Origin: Eledone cirrhosa
Taxonomy: Eukaryota
Reading direction: 5' to 3'
Length of the DNA stretch: 64,000 nucleotides
Assembly: GCA_964016885.1 (NCBI GenBank)
Contig: OZ024754.1
Coordinates: forward strand, 3,720,001-3,784,000
This document shows positions 1 to 15,589 of the stretch, piece after piece; position 1 is the stretch's first letter; the number at the start of each line of letters is the position of its first letter. The notes beneath the pieces are model-generated. The model was not told the origin of the DNA and made no database searches. It saw only the letters and a list, made by a program, of their open reading frames with translations. The position numbers and the translations under genes are program-made.

Positions 1-103
1 TTATATTAACTCATAATATTATAATATTATAAAATTAAATCAAATTATTTAGAATTACAAGTGAAGTCATTCTTTTCCTTTTTTTCAAATATATATATAA
101 GAA

Positions 104-240
104 AAGAATCAGGATCCCGACGGCTGAGCTCCGGTCGTTTCGACAGCTAGATCCGAACTTAGCTTTTTTTCATATTACCCACTCTACTACCCCAAGTGTC
201 GTGCATTATGGTCCACCTGGTATCTTACCACACCCTATTT
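104..240. mobile_element. TA-embedded PLE-like remnant, family C (inverted 3'-half HHR piece plus tail)
   Basis: Shares cccgacggctgagctc...tttcgacagcta and ttacccactctactaccc...ggtccacctgg...ttaccacac with 3019-3178, 20795-20850, 48566-48685, 53150-53250, 53841-54145 and 62370-62605; flanked by (TA)n. Confidence 0.65.
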
Positions 241-241
241 G

Positions 242-285
<44 letters not shown>

Positions 286-574
286 AACCAGGTTTGATGG
301 TCTTTATTCTCTCGTTCCCGATTCCACCGAATTTATATTCATAGAAATCTGGGACTTGTTTCCTTCTTCATCACTTTCTGCTGCTTAAACCATTTTGTTT
401 GTTTACCCTAGCGTCCCCTTTATTTACGTGTCCCAACGACTTTTTTTTAGCCGTTGCTCGCACCAACCTGAGGTATATGGCCTTTAATGCGACGAAATGC
501 CTACGACGGTTGGATGGCCACTGATGAGGACAAACTTTTTCATATGTAACCCATTTGCAGCGCCGCAGCTCCAT

Positions 575-680
<106 letters not shown>

Positions 681-770
681 CGATTTGGGGTCGATTTAAT
701 CGATTTTCTCTTTCTCCAAATATGTTTGTCCTTGACCCTAAATCATAAACCTTTATTGTTATTAGCAGTG

Positions 771-957
771 GTGGATTGGCAGTATCGGTAGAGGGTCGGA
801 CGCTATGCTTTCTAGCATAGTTATGTCCCTTTACAGACTGAGTTCAAATCCCACCGAGGTTAACTTTGCCTTTCATCCTTACAGGGTTGATAAAATAAAG
901 TACCAGTAATGTACTGGGTCATTTGCTGGCCTTGTGCCAAATGTAGAAAAATTATTA
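771..957 (+). mobile_element. tRNA-derived SINE with Deu/Nin-like core
   Basis: A-box-like tggcagtatcgg, B-box gagttcaaatcc, core gcctttcatccttacagggttgataaaataaagtaccag, tail ggccttgtgcc...attatta; many copies in the window. Confidence 0.85.
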
Positions 958-1004
958 GCAGTTGCAGCAGCCTCACCATTAGCGTCATCATCATCAACAT
1001 CAGC

Positions 1005-1262
1005 AGCAGTAGTAGTATTAGTAGTAGTATAGTATTAGTAGCAGTTATGGTAGTAGCAGCAGCAGTAGTAGTAGTAGCAGTAGTAGCAGTAGTAGTAGTA
1101 GTAGTAGCAGTAGTAGTAGTAGTAGCAGTAGTAATAGCAGTTGTAGTAGTAGAAGTATTAGCAATAGTAGCAGTAGTAGCAGTAGTAGTAGTAGCAATAG
1201 TAGCAGTAGTAGTAGTAGTAGCAGTAGTAGCAGTAGTAGTAGAAGTAGCAGCAGCAGCAGTA
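1005..1262. repeat. (AGT/AGC)n trinucleotide microsatellite
   Basis: Direct reading; explains the poly-V and poly-L ORFs. Confidence 0.95.
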
Positions 1263-1877
1263 GAAAAAGTAAACAGAGATATATAATTTCAAAGGTTGTC
1301 AATGAGATAATATATTTTTTATATTAGTTTTTGCGCAACTTTTGTAACTCCTTCCCTATAAATGATGGAGTTCGGTGTAATTCATTGCATTTGATTGCAT
1401 TGCTATATTTAAAACTAATGTAACAAAATCTATGTAGAAAGAATTAATATTCTTGTTAAAAATCTTATCTTTATTATGTTTTTTTTTTTTTTAAATATAT
1501 ATTTTTATGTTGAAAATAATCCGAACTGAATAACAAGCATTCGATATGTCTAATGTCATTGAATTACAAAGAAAAAAATCCGACTATGGTAGGATAGGAA
1601 GCGAGAGAAATATGAAGCGATACGGAGATCGAGGTAGAACGACAGATAGACAAATAGACGGAATCGAAAGATGGGTAGATATTTAGGGATAGATAAGCAG
1701 AGGTGGAGGGGGGGGGGGTGCAAAAGGCAGACAAGCAAACAAAGAGAATTATATATATATATATATGTGTGTGTGTGTGAGTTTCGGAGTTGCATCGGGA
1801 AGAGGGGTATCCAAGGATAAAAAAGGTACTCAGTATGTTGGCAGAAGAGTAACTTTTTAGTCTTTATCACACACACA

Positions 1878-1960
<83 letters not shown>

Positions 1961-1963
<3 letters not shown>

Positions 1964-2290
1964 AAAGTTCTATTTAAATTGTTGGTATACAACAAGCAAA
2001 TATTATTATAACTGATATAAAGCACTCAACAAATAATTGGAGTAAAAATACGATATTAACAAATGTAAACTATATTTATAAAACCATATTTATTTCATTA
2101 TACATATTTCAAGGACACCAAGTTAAATTATGGTGTGCTTTAAGGGAATGTCAATATTTATTTATAAAACTGTTCTATATTATATTTTATCTGATGAAAG
2201 CACACCATAATTTAACTTGGTGTCCTTGAAATATGTATAATGAAATAAATATGGTTTTATAAATATAGTTTCCATTTCATAATATCGTAT
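1961..2290. mobile_element. PLE-like remnant, family B, inverted repeat (arms about 2048-2141 / 2197-2290)
   Basis: 75-bp perfect inverted core (2067-2141 / 2197-2271); homologous to 10900-11130 and 42475-42645; between (TA)n tracts. Confidence 0.75.
2183..2247 (+). ncRNA. minimal type I hammerhead ribozyme motif
   Basis: tattttat-CTGATGA-aagcacacca/tggtgtcctt-GAAA-tatgta-TA-atgaaata: stem I, core, stem II, near-palindromic stem III, UA site. Confidence 0.8.
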
Positions 2291-2301
2291 ATATATATAC
2301 A

Positions 2302-2348
<47 letters not shown>

Positions 2349-2445
2349 CATATATATATATATATACACACGCATATATATATATATATACACACGCATA
2401 TATATATATATATACATACACAAACACACATATATATATATATAT

Positions 2446-2504
<59 letters not shown>

Positions 2505-2515
2505 TATATATATAT

Positions 2516-2962
2516 CCTCTTCTTGATATTACATCTACCTTGTCTATGTCACCTTTCTTGTGTTGTATTCCAAAATCGTTACCAAGACAACCTATCGGTT
2601 TACCTTGTTTGCTCACCTTATTTTCGTGTTTTCTTTTTTTTATTTTCTGTAACTATCCTTTGTAATCCTGTCTCTATTTCTGTACTCCGAGGAATTGACG
2701 AACAGAGGTACAAGAAGTCTTATTAGTTTCACGCTTTATATGGAAAAGGGGAAAGAAAGTTCGACGTGTCGGGCTTCGGCCCTTCTTCGGGAGTACAAAA
2801 ATAGAGACAGGATTACAAAGCATAGTTACAGAAAATACAAAAAAGAAAACACGAAAATAAGGTGAGCAAACAAGGTAAACCGTTAGGTAGTCTTGGTAAC
2901 GATTTTGGAATACAACACAAGAAAGGTGACATAGACAAGGTAGAGGTAATATCAATAAGAGG
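2516..2962. mobile_element. PLE-like remnant with about 170-bp convergent inverted repeat and a decayed HHR at 2761-2792 (-)
   Basis: 2516-2690 is the reverse complement of 2788-2962 with few mismatches; minus strand reads tc-CCGAAGA-a-gggc cgaa gccc-GACA-cg-TC-ga (GAAA mutated). Confidence 0.65.
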
Positions 2963-2966
2963 ATAG

Positions 2967-3018
<52 letters not shown>

Positions 3019-3021
<3 letters not shown>

Positions 3022-3178
3022 AGTAAGTAAGACCCCGACGGCTGAGCTCAAGCCGTTTCGACGGCTAATTCTGTACAAAGAATGGGGTCTTACTTACTCC
3101 TATTACCCACTCTACTACCCTAAGTATTGAGTACTTTGGTGCGTTATGGTCCACCTGGTTCCTTACCACTTTTCCTTC
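3019..3178. mobile_element. PLE-like remnant, family C
   Basis: Minus strand GAAA-cggct tgagctc agccg-TC-ggggtc; inverted ggagtaagtaagacccc/ggggtcttacttactcc; family tail; TA flanks. Confidence 0.65.
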
Positions 3179-3266
3179 GCTATATATATATATATATATA
3201 TATGAAAATAGAGAAATTAATGTGAGCAAGAAGCCAACAGTATTTCACAATATATAAGTGACTATA

Positions 3267-3297
<31 letters not shown>

Positions 3298-4048
3298 TAG
3301 ATGTTAACACACAGATGGAAACTAGAGATATACAGAATGTTTGGGAGAGAAATAAATACAGTTGTAGTCAAGAATTGAACCATAAATCCACAGTTCTAGA
3401 TAAATATATCAAAAATGTTTCTAGTTATTTTTTGGAGGGGTGGGGTGACATCTCGAGAAATCTAAATAGCTTAAGATGAATATTTTTGCATCACCATAAT
3501 CATCAGCAACGTCTAGAAACCACAACAATGAAACAAACAATTGTAATAATAAAAAATAGAGAAAAAATAATACGAATTACAAAAAAAAAAGGGAAGAAAA
3601 ATAAAAGAAAAAAAAGTCGTACAAAACATCCAAAATGAATAACAACCATGTTAGCAAAGGATTATATGAATTCCTTAAGAGCTTTGCCAAGGTTTATTGC
3701 TTGCGGTTGGTTCACTGTCGATTATACACTACAACGGTGTAAATTCTTTTCATTAAAAGTAGTCAGCTTAGACTATAGTGTCTTAGAAGATTCTCTGCGA
3801 ATGGTCGTGAATCTCAGGAAATTTGATATAGAAATTCGATGGTTATTCATGATTAGGGAGAATGTGTAATTAAATGTACGGAATGTGCAATACCCTTGCG
3901 TGAGCAGTCCACATACTCAATGTCTATTTGTATATATATGTATATGTTTATTTGTACGCACTTGTACTATGTATGTGTTATATGTAAGTTTAAATGTATA
4001 TATATATATTTTTTATATATATAATTCCTTTTATATATTTATAAATAG

Positions 4049-4123
<75 letters not shown>

Positions 4124-4742
4124 ATTCCTTCTATATATATATATATATATATCTCTCTCTCTCTATATATATATCTATATATATATATATATATATATCT
4201 CTCTATATATATATACTTCCACCACTACTACCATATATATATATATATATATATGTATATGTATATGTATAATTCTCGTTTTCACTCTCTCCCTCTGTGT
4301 GGGTGTAGTTGTGTTTTAAGCTAATAGAAAGTCCCATTCGCTCTCTCAGAAGACTTCAGTACAGCGCTATAAACACGATACTTCTTAATGGATATATCTA
4401 TTGTGATCACAAATGACGCATTAGATTAAACAGCCGCGATAATGAGAACGGCTCAGAATGCAAGAGAAAAAGAAGAAGAAAGTCACTTTCGAAGATGATG
4501 TACACGAGTAAAATAAAGCAAATATATAAAAGACCGAGGTAAACAACAACCACCACAGAAGTGACAACAGCAACAACAAAGACATCAACATCAATGCCAA
4601 AAACGGAAAAAACAGCAACGACAACAAAAACAACACAAGAAGAATAAATCGAAGAAAAATTACAAAGCTTCGACAGAAAAGATCAACATTTTCGCAATGG
4701 TAATAAAGGTCAGGAGTTAGCATATTGGACTGGTGGTGGCGG

Positions 4743-4779
<37 letters not shown>

Positions 4780-4789
4780 ATATATATAT

Positions 4790-4820
<31 letters not shown>

Positions 4821-4831
4821 TATATATGTAT

Positions 4832-4869
<38 letters not shown>

Positions 4870-4870
4870 G

Positions 4871-4919
<49 letters not shown>

Positions 4920-4936
4920 CTCTCTCTCTCTATATA

Positions 4937-4983
<47 letters not shown>

Positions 4984-5127
4984 AGGTATATACTTAATGG
5001 AATATTTCCTGCTTTTAATAGTAAAGTAACATTTTAGATTACCTGCAGTAAAATCAATTATGCGAATGTTCATTGAAAACTTATGAATGAATATTTATAC
5101 AAACATATATACATATATATATATATA

Positions 5128-5208
<81 letters not shown>

Positions 5209-5284
5209 ATATTTATATACAAACATATGCTCTGTATATATGTATTTGTGTGCGTGTATGTATATATATATAAATATACAAGCT

Positions 5285-5560
5285 CTATTCTAGCTGTGTT
5301 TGTTTTGTGCACAGTAAAAGACACGTGTTCGAAGGGCTGTGAGAATATCTTTATGTGTTTTGTTGTTACTATTGTAGATGTTGATGTATTTGCGCATTCA
5401 TCTGTGATATTGATTTTTATTTTTATAAGTTACAAGTCATAAAGATCTATAATGAGTGGAAATTGGACGTTGAGTCGTTGATGTATTTCTCAGGTGCGTT
5501 AGTGATAATGGTAAACATGTAGATATCTTGGACTGCTGCTTCGATTGCCAATTTCTTATT
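5285..5560 (-). pseudogene. possible highly decayed PLE-type reverse transcriptase fragment
   Basis: Minus-strand pieces [26 protein letters not shown] and [22 protein letters not shown] loosely follow the order of PLE RT C-terminal motifs; frameshifts and stops. Confidence 0.3.
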
Positions 5561-5861
5561 GGTATAAGTATTGAATCATTATCTTTGTTATCATTGGCTT
5601 TGATAGATATCAATGAAGGGGTAGGTATATTAGGACGCCACCAGATAAAGGCTTAGTAGTATTTAGTACGGTTGTGTAAGGTATTGGTTCAAATACAACC
5701 TCGGCAAGTTTGGATTTCATATTTCCATATTCGGTGAAGTGAAGTCCGAGCAATGAACTGATTTCGATATAATAGATGCTCTCTACACCCCGAAAATGAC
5801 TGTTACTCTTGTGTCTAAACTTCAAAATAATCATTGCATGCGGCACCGTAACAAAGATACC

Positions 5862-5953
<92 letters not shown>

Positions 5954-6395
5954 GTATATCAAGCGTCACACTTGATGTAATTTTATATTCATCACGGGTA
6001 CACAAGTTTGTTTAATTCTCAAACTTATACAGGAAAATGTAATGTGTAGCTTATTCGTTTGATTTCACAGTGAAATGCTCATCCGACATTGATAACTAAT
6101 TGAAAAATAAAACTATGAGAATTCACCGTGTATTGAACCCGTAGTTCATATATCATTCCAGTGTGATACAGTCAACTATCCAATAAATAATGGACAAAAC
6201 ATAGCTAAATTGATAATCCTCATTTTGGAATCATTACGTACCTGGTTTATTTTCACATCATATCATCATAGAAGAGAGTTTTTTACCATTGCCTCTGGTT
6301 GAACCACATCTTATGGGTGAAATTCGTAGATGGGCCATGTTTGGAAGCCTATAGGATGACCTGTACCTGTAATACAAAGAGATAGCATTGTCACA

Positions 6396-6630
6396 TTGGG
6401 GTCTATTTAATCGACATTCCGCTCCTCCCAAAATGTCTGGCTTTGTGCCTAAATCAGAAACCAGTATTACAGCCCTTTGTGTTCTCAGTTCAAATACCGC
6501 CGAGGTTTGTTTTGCCTTTCATCTCTACGGAGTTGATAGATAAAATAAAGTACAAGTAGCATACTGTGGTCGATTTAATCGACTTTCCACTCCCTCCAAA
6601 ATCTTTGGCCTTGTGTCAAAATCAAAAATC
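6396..6630 (+). mobile_element. two partial Deu/Nin-like SINE copies in tandem
   Basis: agttcaaataccgccgagg...gcctttcatctctacggagttgata...tggccttgtgtc. Confidence 0.7.
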
Positions 6631-7128
6631 CTTATATGAAACTATCTGCTATACCGCTACAGGACTTCCTAACTACATCTGCTAAAGTGTAGCTGTTACA
6701 AGTATTATATGTAATTACGTAATGAAGTTGAATTGATAAGTTTTGACGTTCATCATGTTTTTAAAGGATATACTGTAGATATGTTACGAAATAAGTATTC
6801 GAATCAGGTCATATATAAGTGCATACAGCTTTCTTTTTTCTACTTAAAGCAGCAACACATTGTTGAAACATGATCTCTCAGAGAAAACCCATTTATCTAC
6901 AAGCGGGAAACACACACATAAAATATACAAAAACAAACGCAGGCATACTCTAACATGCACGACATAGATATACACATGTGTATTAACCTGCACTGTGTCA
7001 GCAGTGTTTTGTCTGCCAGACGGATAAAAAAAATTTCCCAACATATTCGTTCGTACAAAAAGAGAAAACACCCCTCATTACTAAAAAAATACATACTAAA
7101 AATATATATCAACACACAAACATATATA

Positions 7129-7257
<129 letters not shown>

Positions 7258-7369
7258 TATATATAAATGTATGTATGTATATATATATATAGATAGATAG
7301 ACAGATAGATAGATAGATAGATATGTATGTATGTATGTATGTATTGAAATATATATTTACACATGTCTA

Positions 7370-7417
<48 letters not shown>

Positions 7418-7889
7418 TATATGCATACACGAGGAGAGAAAAAGAGCTCCGTATACCCCGGCCTGCCCTAAGACAGGCAGTCAAACCGACCTTGCTTTGT
7501 GTCACTATAGTCGTCAGACACACCCTCCAACAATTTGCTGACTTGTTCCCACGCATATTGCTTGACCCAGTAAGGAAAAAAATATTCTCTCTTGTCAACT
7601 TCCAGTCTTGAATCTCTCTCTCACATACACGCACACACAATCACACTCACACAGACCTTCAAGTGCACACATCTAGACACATGCACAGACACAATCACAC
7701 ACACACACACAGACCCTTACACACACAAAAGGATTACAGGAGAAGAATGTGGAAACATATTATAGTTTCACTGACACTGCATAAATTTAGAACGTACAAC
7801 TACAATTAGAAGTGGCTTACAACACCTACACACATGAACATATACATATATATATGTTTGTGTGTGTGCTTGTATGTGTGTGTGTGTGT

Positions 7890-7998
<109 letters not shown>

Positions 7999-8169
7999 CA
8001 GGATATCCGTAGATAAAAGATAAAAGTTCAAGGAAAACAATGCTCAATGTATCGCAAAAGATCTTATTTAGCATAAATAAACTTTCATACACTTAACATG
8101 TTGGAGCGACCTTAGGATCCGGGGTCCACTTATGGCTACCACTATACAGTGGAGTAAACTTTATTTATG

Positions 8170-8226
<57 letters not shown>

Positions 8227-8639
8227 ATTGCAAACTTATACAAATATATATAGTGAAACAGAGAGAGAGAGAGGGAGCGAGAGAAATAAAGAGAGAGAGA
8301 AAGAGAGGTTTCTTGTACTTTTATAGAGTAGTGTATTCTCGCTTCATGAGTACGGTCATGTTCAGCAAATTATTATTCTGTCTGTACGTTTTACATTTTG
8401 TTAAATAGTCACAACGAAACAAATATTCATATCAATTTGACAGAACCAACTGAAATATTCGATTCCTTCTGACGGCTTTGAACTTCTACTTCTGTTTTAA
8501 GTGTTAGGGTTCCGGATCAATTCTAGTATTTTCCAGTAAACAGCTTACGATGTGGTCGATTTTCAAAATGAAAACACTCTCTCATATACCATTCTTCCTA
8601 CGATATACTCCTCAAAAAAAATATATATATACATACTGA

Positions 8640-8888
8640 AGTAAAGGTTAAGTGGAAATATCCAAGAGGTAGAGCACTCAGTCCATAGGACGAGTTTAGT
8701 AGGAATAAATACAACAGTGACATAAACAGGTACTCAATTTTAGTTGGGTTCTGGGCCCCAATTACTTCAGCCTGTCATGAGAAATATAAAGAACAAAGGC
8801 CTAGTTCTTTGTTTTTCTCACAACAGGCTGAAGTAATTGGGGCCCAGAACCCAATGAAACTTGAGTACCTGTTTATGTCACTGTTGTA
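8640..8888. mobile_element. PLE-like remnant, family D, inverted repeat 8710-8794 / 8804-8888
   Basis: 85-bp arms; shares tccataggacgag...caacagtga with 35470-35680. Confidence 0.7.
8822..8873 (+). ncRNA. hammerhead-like motif with 8-nt core
   Basis: aacagg-CTGAAGTA-attggg gcccagaa cccaat-GAAA-cttgag-TA-cctgtt. Confidence 0.6.
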
Positions 8889-8939
<51 letters not shown>

Positions 8940-9486
8940 GGATATACAAGGTGTCTCATAATGATGGAACACGTTTTATTGTTGATTATCAAGAAGATGG
9001 ACATTCGTCTGCTTTTAAACTGTTGTGTATTTTATTGCCTACGCAGTGGAATTAATTTTGATATTAGCCATCTGATTTCGTTTTTACAAATAGTGGATTC
9101 CCACAATGTCATGGAATCCATGCGTATTGGAATCATACCTCATCAGCTAACGTTCCATCGTCGCAGGGAAGCTTCTTGAAGTTCAGAAAGAATATGAGAT
9201 ATCAGTCATATTATATAATAAAGTGCTCTTGTTGTTGGTCTTGTGAATACTTGTGCAGATTCGCTTAGTTAGATAGTATGGAATCTTGGTACATGCGTGT
9301 CTTGAATGTGATTATGAAAAATGAGTTATTCTCTAGAGCTGCCATGTTTGAAATATATATTAGTTGCTGTTTCGTATTTCAAATTCTACATGGGAGATGG
9401 ATGTTCCCCGACTTTGCAGGCGTCTGTGTCCAGGTCTTTTAAATCTAAGCAAACATTTAACTATTATTTATATATATCAATCATTA

Positions 9487-9670
9487 GTGAATTGGCAGTA
9501 TCGGTAGAGGGTTGGACGCCATGCTTTCTAGCATAGTTACGTCCCTTTACAGTCTGAGTTCAAATCCCGCCGAGGTTAACTTTGCCTTTCATCCTTACGG
9601 GGTCGATAAAATAAAGTACCAGTAATGTACTGAGTAATTGGCCTTGTGCCTAAAGTAGAAACAATTATTA
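9487..9670 (+). mobile_element. Deu/Nin-like SINE, full length
   Basis: Same A box, B box, core and tail as 771-957. Confidence 0.85.
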
Positions 9671-9749
9671 TTAGTATATTCAATTTCATTGCCTGCAATT
9701 TGGAGATCTCACTTTCACATATATATATATAGATATATTTATAAATATA

Positions 9750-9795
<46 letters not shown>

Positions 9796-9964
9796 ATATA
9801 TATAACGACTCTTCTCGTACATTTAGCTAATACAATACTGTCAAAATATAACACGGTGCATGTGTGTTTATACACATGCACTCCGTGCTATACGTACGTA
9901 TACATATATATATACAGAGAGAGAGAGATATGTACATATAGATACAAAGTTATATATAGATATG

Positions 9965-10003
<39 letters not shown>

Positions 10004-10373
10004 GAAAAGTATAGAAATTTGTGTAGCAAGTAGCCAAGAGTATTCCATAATATATAAGTGACTATAGCGTCTAAATGGAAAAATAGTTAACATAAGATGT
10101 GGGAAAATAATTCAAATTCATTCAAAAAGAATCAGGAGTCGAACATCAGCAGAGCTCAACATATATATATATATATATTATATATATATATATATAATAT
10201 ATATATTTATATATATATATATATATATATATTATGAAAATAAACCAAAGAAGCCTTCAATACATCAAAAGTCTTTATTAGCCAACAATGTTTCGTCCTA
10301 GGGTGTTTAACTCCAACACACTCTAGTATTTTAATTCTTATGTATATACATATAAATATATATATATGTATAA

Positions 10374-10421
<48 letters not shown>

Positions 10422-10937
10422 GCATATATATATATATGTATATGTATATATGTATATATATATATATATATATAAATATATATATGTACAAAATCCATTG
10501 TGCAGTTATGACGAAGGGAATATAAATATGTGGAGATTATATTATGAATTGTGAATTCCCAAAAGATACTTGCAGTAACCGCTTCAATCCCAAATGTCAC
10601 ATTATTTCTTTGAAGCAGTTCGCCCATCTCCAGACAGCTACCCTGTCGTGAGAAAAACCCTAACTCCTGAGACACAGATTGGAAAGACATATTTCTATAC
10701 ATGTACCGTTTATTTAAACGACTATGGAGAGTTTATGATAGTGAGAGAAAGAGAAGAGAGAAGAGAAGAAGGACATAGTCGTTTAAATACACAGTTGTTT
10801 TTCAATTATTTACATATTCATTTGCATATTCACCCATAAGCTTCAAAAATCCCTCATACATTTCCACTATCCAGAGAATATCCAACTGATAAGGTATGAT
10901 TTTCCTGGGTATGTCTCTATTCATAAAACAAACTTTG

Positions 10938-11000
10938 TATTTTATCTGAAGAAAGCGTACCAAAGTGTTTCGTTACCCTTGAAATATATATAATAAAATA
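10938..11000 (+). ncRNA. minimal type I hammerhead ribozyme motif (family B)
   Basis: tattttat-CTGAAGA-aagcgtac...gttaccctt-GAAA-tatata-TA-ataaaata; stem II imperfect. Confidence 0.7.
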
Positions 11001-11590
11001 AATCTGGTTTTATAAATATAGTTTCCATTTATTTAATATCATTGAATATTTACTCCAGGAATTTGTTGAGTGCTCTAAATCAGTTATAAACATTTATATT
11101 TGCCCAACAAATTAAATACCCCTTCTACTTATATATATATATATATATATACATATATACATATATATATATTATGCACACACACACATACACACACACA
11201 TATACATATATATATATATATATGTATATATACATCTTCTTTCTGTGTACCTGTATATTACGCTTAGTTTCTTTGGATATCAATCCCTATATAATTACTC
11301 ATGTTACTTCTGTCTCTGAAGATATTATCTTTATATCCCTAATTCAAAATAGAATATCGCTCATAACGCAAAGAGTTATGTTCTTCATAAATTTATATTG
11401 GAAGATATTTCTGTGATCATTCTGTTAGTTAATACAAAATTTATATAAGATATCTATTTTCGTTCTATAGCTGCACATCAATAGTACAAATTTAATTTAC
11501 TTTCCCAAAGAAATTTAATGTCAGTATACGCAAGAGTAATATTTTTGATAGCTAATATGTTGAATAGAGGTACATTTAAACCTTATCTCG

Positions 11591-11631
<41 letters not shown>

Positions 11632-11637
<6 letters not shown>

Positions 11638-11974
11638 TGTTAAACAATATTCGATGATTATGTCAAAGAATGAGTTTTACAGTAGATTGGAAGCACTCAA
11701 CGGTAAAATAATTTTCAGGAGTTATTAATATTAAAATATAAGTATTAATAAAATAGATGTTCTTTTGATCAATTACATTTTATTATACATATTTCGGATG
11801 TACAACAGTACGTCCTCATCCTACCTTGATTAAATCTTAACCATATAACATCTCAGGGTATGTCATGCATCATTATATTTTGTCTGATGAGGACGTACTG
11901 TTGTACATCTGAAATATGTATAATAAAATGTAATTGATCAAAAGAACATCTATTTTATTAATACTTATATTTTA

Positions 11975-11978
<4 letters not shown>
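11632..11978. mobile_element. PLE-like remnant, family A, inverted repeat 11728-11820 / 11886-11978
   Basis: 93-bp near-perfect arms; left extension is the reverse complement of 42340-42435; TA flanks. Confidence 0.75.
11877..11929 (+). ncRNA. minimal type I hammerhead ribozyme motif (family A)
   Basis: attttgt-CTGATGA-ggacgtac tgtt gtacatct-GAAA-tatgta-TA-ataaaat. Confidence 0.8.
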
Positions 11979-12012
<34 letters not shown>

Positions 12013-13283
12013 GCGTGTGTGTGTCTGTGTTTAAATATATATATGTGTACATACATTTGCACAGTGTATCTCTCTCTGTCTTTCGCTCCCTCTCTCACTT
12101 TATATACATACATACATACATACATACATACATACATACATACATACATACATACATACAAAAAGCGCAGCTCCCTAATTCATAGTCTACAAATGGCTGC
12201 GATAGCTGGCACCTTCAAAATTTGCAAAACATTCTTGCGATTCAAGGGATGACAATTTCTTTTCTTTTACAACCTTGCCACCAGGAAGGTGGCCGGTCAA
12301 AAAAATATACTTGAAATTAAGAGAAAGAGAAAACATACATACATACATACATACATACATACATACATACATACATACATACATACATACATACATACAT
12401 ACATACATACACACAACACACACACACACATATTTATATATATATATATATTGAAACAAATATTGTTATACTTAGGGAGCATCATGCTGTCACCTCATGA
12501 ACCTTTTGAATTTCCTTTCAATTTATTACAAACTCCGGGTCGGTTCATGGAAAAACAGGTTATTTAGTTGTTGATTGTGAAAGCGCTTTCGTCACACATC
12601 CTGCAACCTTCTGAGGGACTGCTTTTCTAGTTATATTGTCTCTCACATTAGTATCGTCCTACACCTTCTTGTGAGCTCTGTACACATTTCACAAAAACAA
12701 GAAGTTGTAGGACAGAACAAAGCAGAGACACAAAATAACTATAAAAGAAGTCACTTGTTAGTCAAGAAAACAACACGTTGCTAATTTCAGGAATCGAGCA
12801 CACGAATTTATTATCATGAATCCGAACCACTACCCACACATCCACGTCACACTGCGTATATTTATACATATATGTGTATGTATATGCATGCATATATGTG
12901 TGAGTGTATGTGTGTGTGAGAGAGAGACAGAAAGAGAGAATGTGTGTGTGTGTGTGTGTGTATTGTGAGAGAGTGTATGTGTTTGAGCAGTGTTTCTGAG
13001 GTTACGTGTGTGTGTATTTCTGTGTATGAGATCGTGTGTGTATGCGTTCGTGTACATATTGATATGATTATACAGGAAAATATGCCAAAAGGATACTTCT
13101 GTTTCTTTATAATTGGTTAAAACTTAGAGGGCATACTCATGCGTTTACTAAATAAGATTATTTAGCAAAATAGTGATAGCGAATTTATCAAACTTAGAAT
13201 CGACTCCCGATACACTACCAGAATACTTACAGTCACCAAACAATAATTTTGTGCATAAATTATTCCTAATTCACTTTCTGTCT

Positions 13284-13336
<53 letters not shown>

Positions 13337-13374
13337 TATATATATGAATGTGTATGTATATATATATATATCTA

Positions 13375-13416
<42 letters not shown>

Positions 13417-13424
13417 TGAGTATG

Positions 13425-13522
<98 letters not shown>

Positions 13523-13790
13523 AGCATATATATATATATATAAGTATTTATATATGTATATATATATATAAATATATATATATGAATGTGTATGTATATA
13601 TATATATATATTTATGTGTGTGTGTGTGTGTCTGTATAAGTATATATATATATATAAGTATATATATTTATTCGATTATATATACATATATATGTAAATA
13701 TATATAAATATATTTATATATATAAGTGTGTGGATGACTGTGTGTGTGTGTCTGTGTGTGTGTTTGTGTTTGTGTTTGTATGTGTCGATG

Positions 13791-13852
<62 letters not shown>

Positions 13853-14267
13853 AAGAGAGGTGGAGGGACTGGCTGTTGATGTCTATTTTGTTATTTCTTA
13901 CAATGTTGTTATATATTGTTGGTAATTCCTCCCTCCGCCCCCACCCCCACCCGCTATTTTCCTCCCAGCCTCCGCCATTTCTCAATCTCTTATTCGTCCT
14001 CTTTGTGTGACAGCGTGTATTGTATCTCTTTAATACTACCACAGAAGGTCTCATCTGATTTTTGTCTTTCTATTTATCTTTGACATTCATGTTTATTAAT
14101 GTCAGAAGATTAAAAGATAGCGGGGAATTGGTCAAGTCATACTTAGATAGATGCTGGAATTCTAATCACGATCACTGTCTTACAGCAAACATAGAATAGA
14201 TTTGTGTGGAGAATTATTAAACATTTCAGCGGTTAGTGTTTTACGAAGTTGTCATCTTTAAAATCTT

Positions 14268-14860
<593 letters not shown>

Positions 14861-14985
14861 TGGTTTCGTTCTCTTCTGTTATTGTTTTCATTATATTTTG
14901 TCTCTTTACTTATATAAATTTATCAAGTGCGAAAAAACATGAATAAGTATTTTCTCAGTATGCACACATGTATATATATACAGTA

Positions 14986-15040
<55 letters not shown>

Positions 15041-15277
15041 TTATATAGGCACACTTATGTGTACCTGTGTGTATGTCTGTGGCAATCTGTGTGTACACAT
15101 AAAAGTACATAAACTCGCACACAGCTGCACAAGAGCTGGGACACAGATGCACAAATCCCATATATACCTATATCTATTTAATTATGTGAATGCTGAAGAA
15201 GTTCGCATCACAATGCCGCCGTCCCAGGAATATGTGTGTATGTGTGTATATTTGTGTGTGTGTGTGGATACATACAC

Positions 15278-15319
<42 letters not shown>

Positions 15320-15342
15320 TAGAGGGAGAGAGAAAGAGAAAA

Positions 15343-15451
<109 letters not shown>

Positions 15452-15589
15452 CAGACTTTCTGAAGCAATGAGATGATTATGATGAGGCTGAGGGTGAGGA
15501 GGATGATTATTATCATGTGGATGTTGTTCTTCTTGGGTGCAGTGTTTATGTAATGCCATTTTCTGTACACCAGTAAGTTCTCATTTTTC

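Noticed and set aside
771-860. tRNA gene (A and B boxes)
   Set aside because: No cloverleaf; it is the SINE head, repeated many times
4440-4512. KKKKVTF PP1-docking-like peptide
   Set aside because: The frame is only about 21 codons, bounded by stops, with no splice acceptor
9085-9152. Minus-strand CTGATGAG; also 43517 (+) and 46670 (+, TTGATGA)
   Set aside because: No stem II followed by GAAA and stem I closure
14055-14122. AT-rich hairpin as a pre-miRNA; also the hairpin at 17182-17223
   Set aside because: Weak or short pairing and no recognisable mature miRNA
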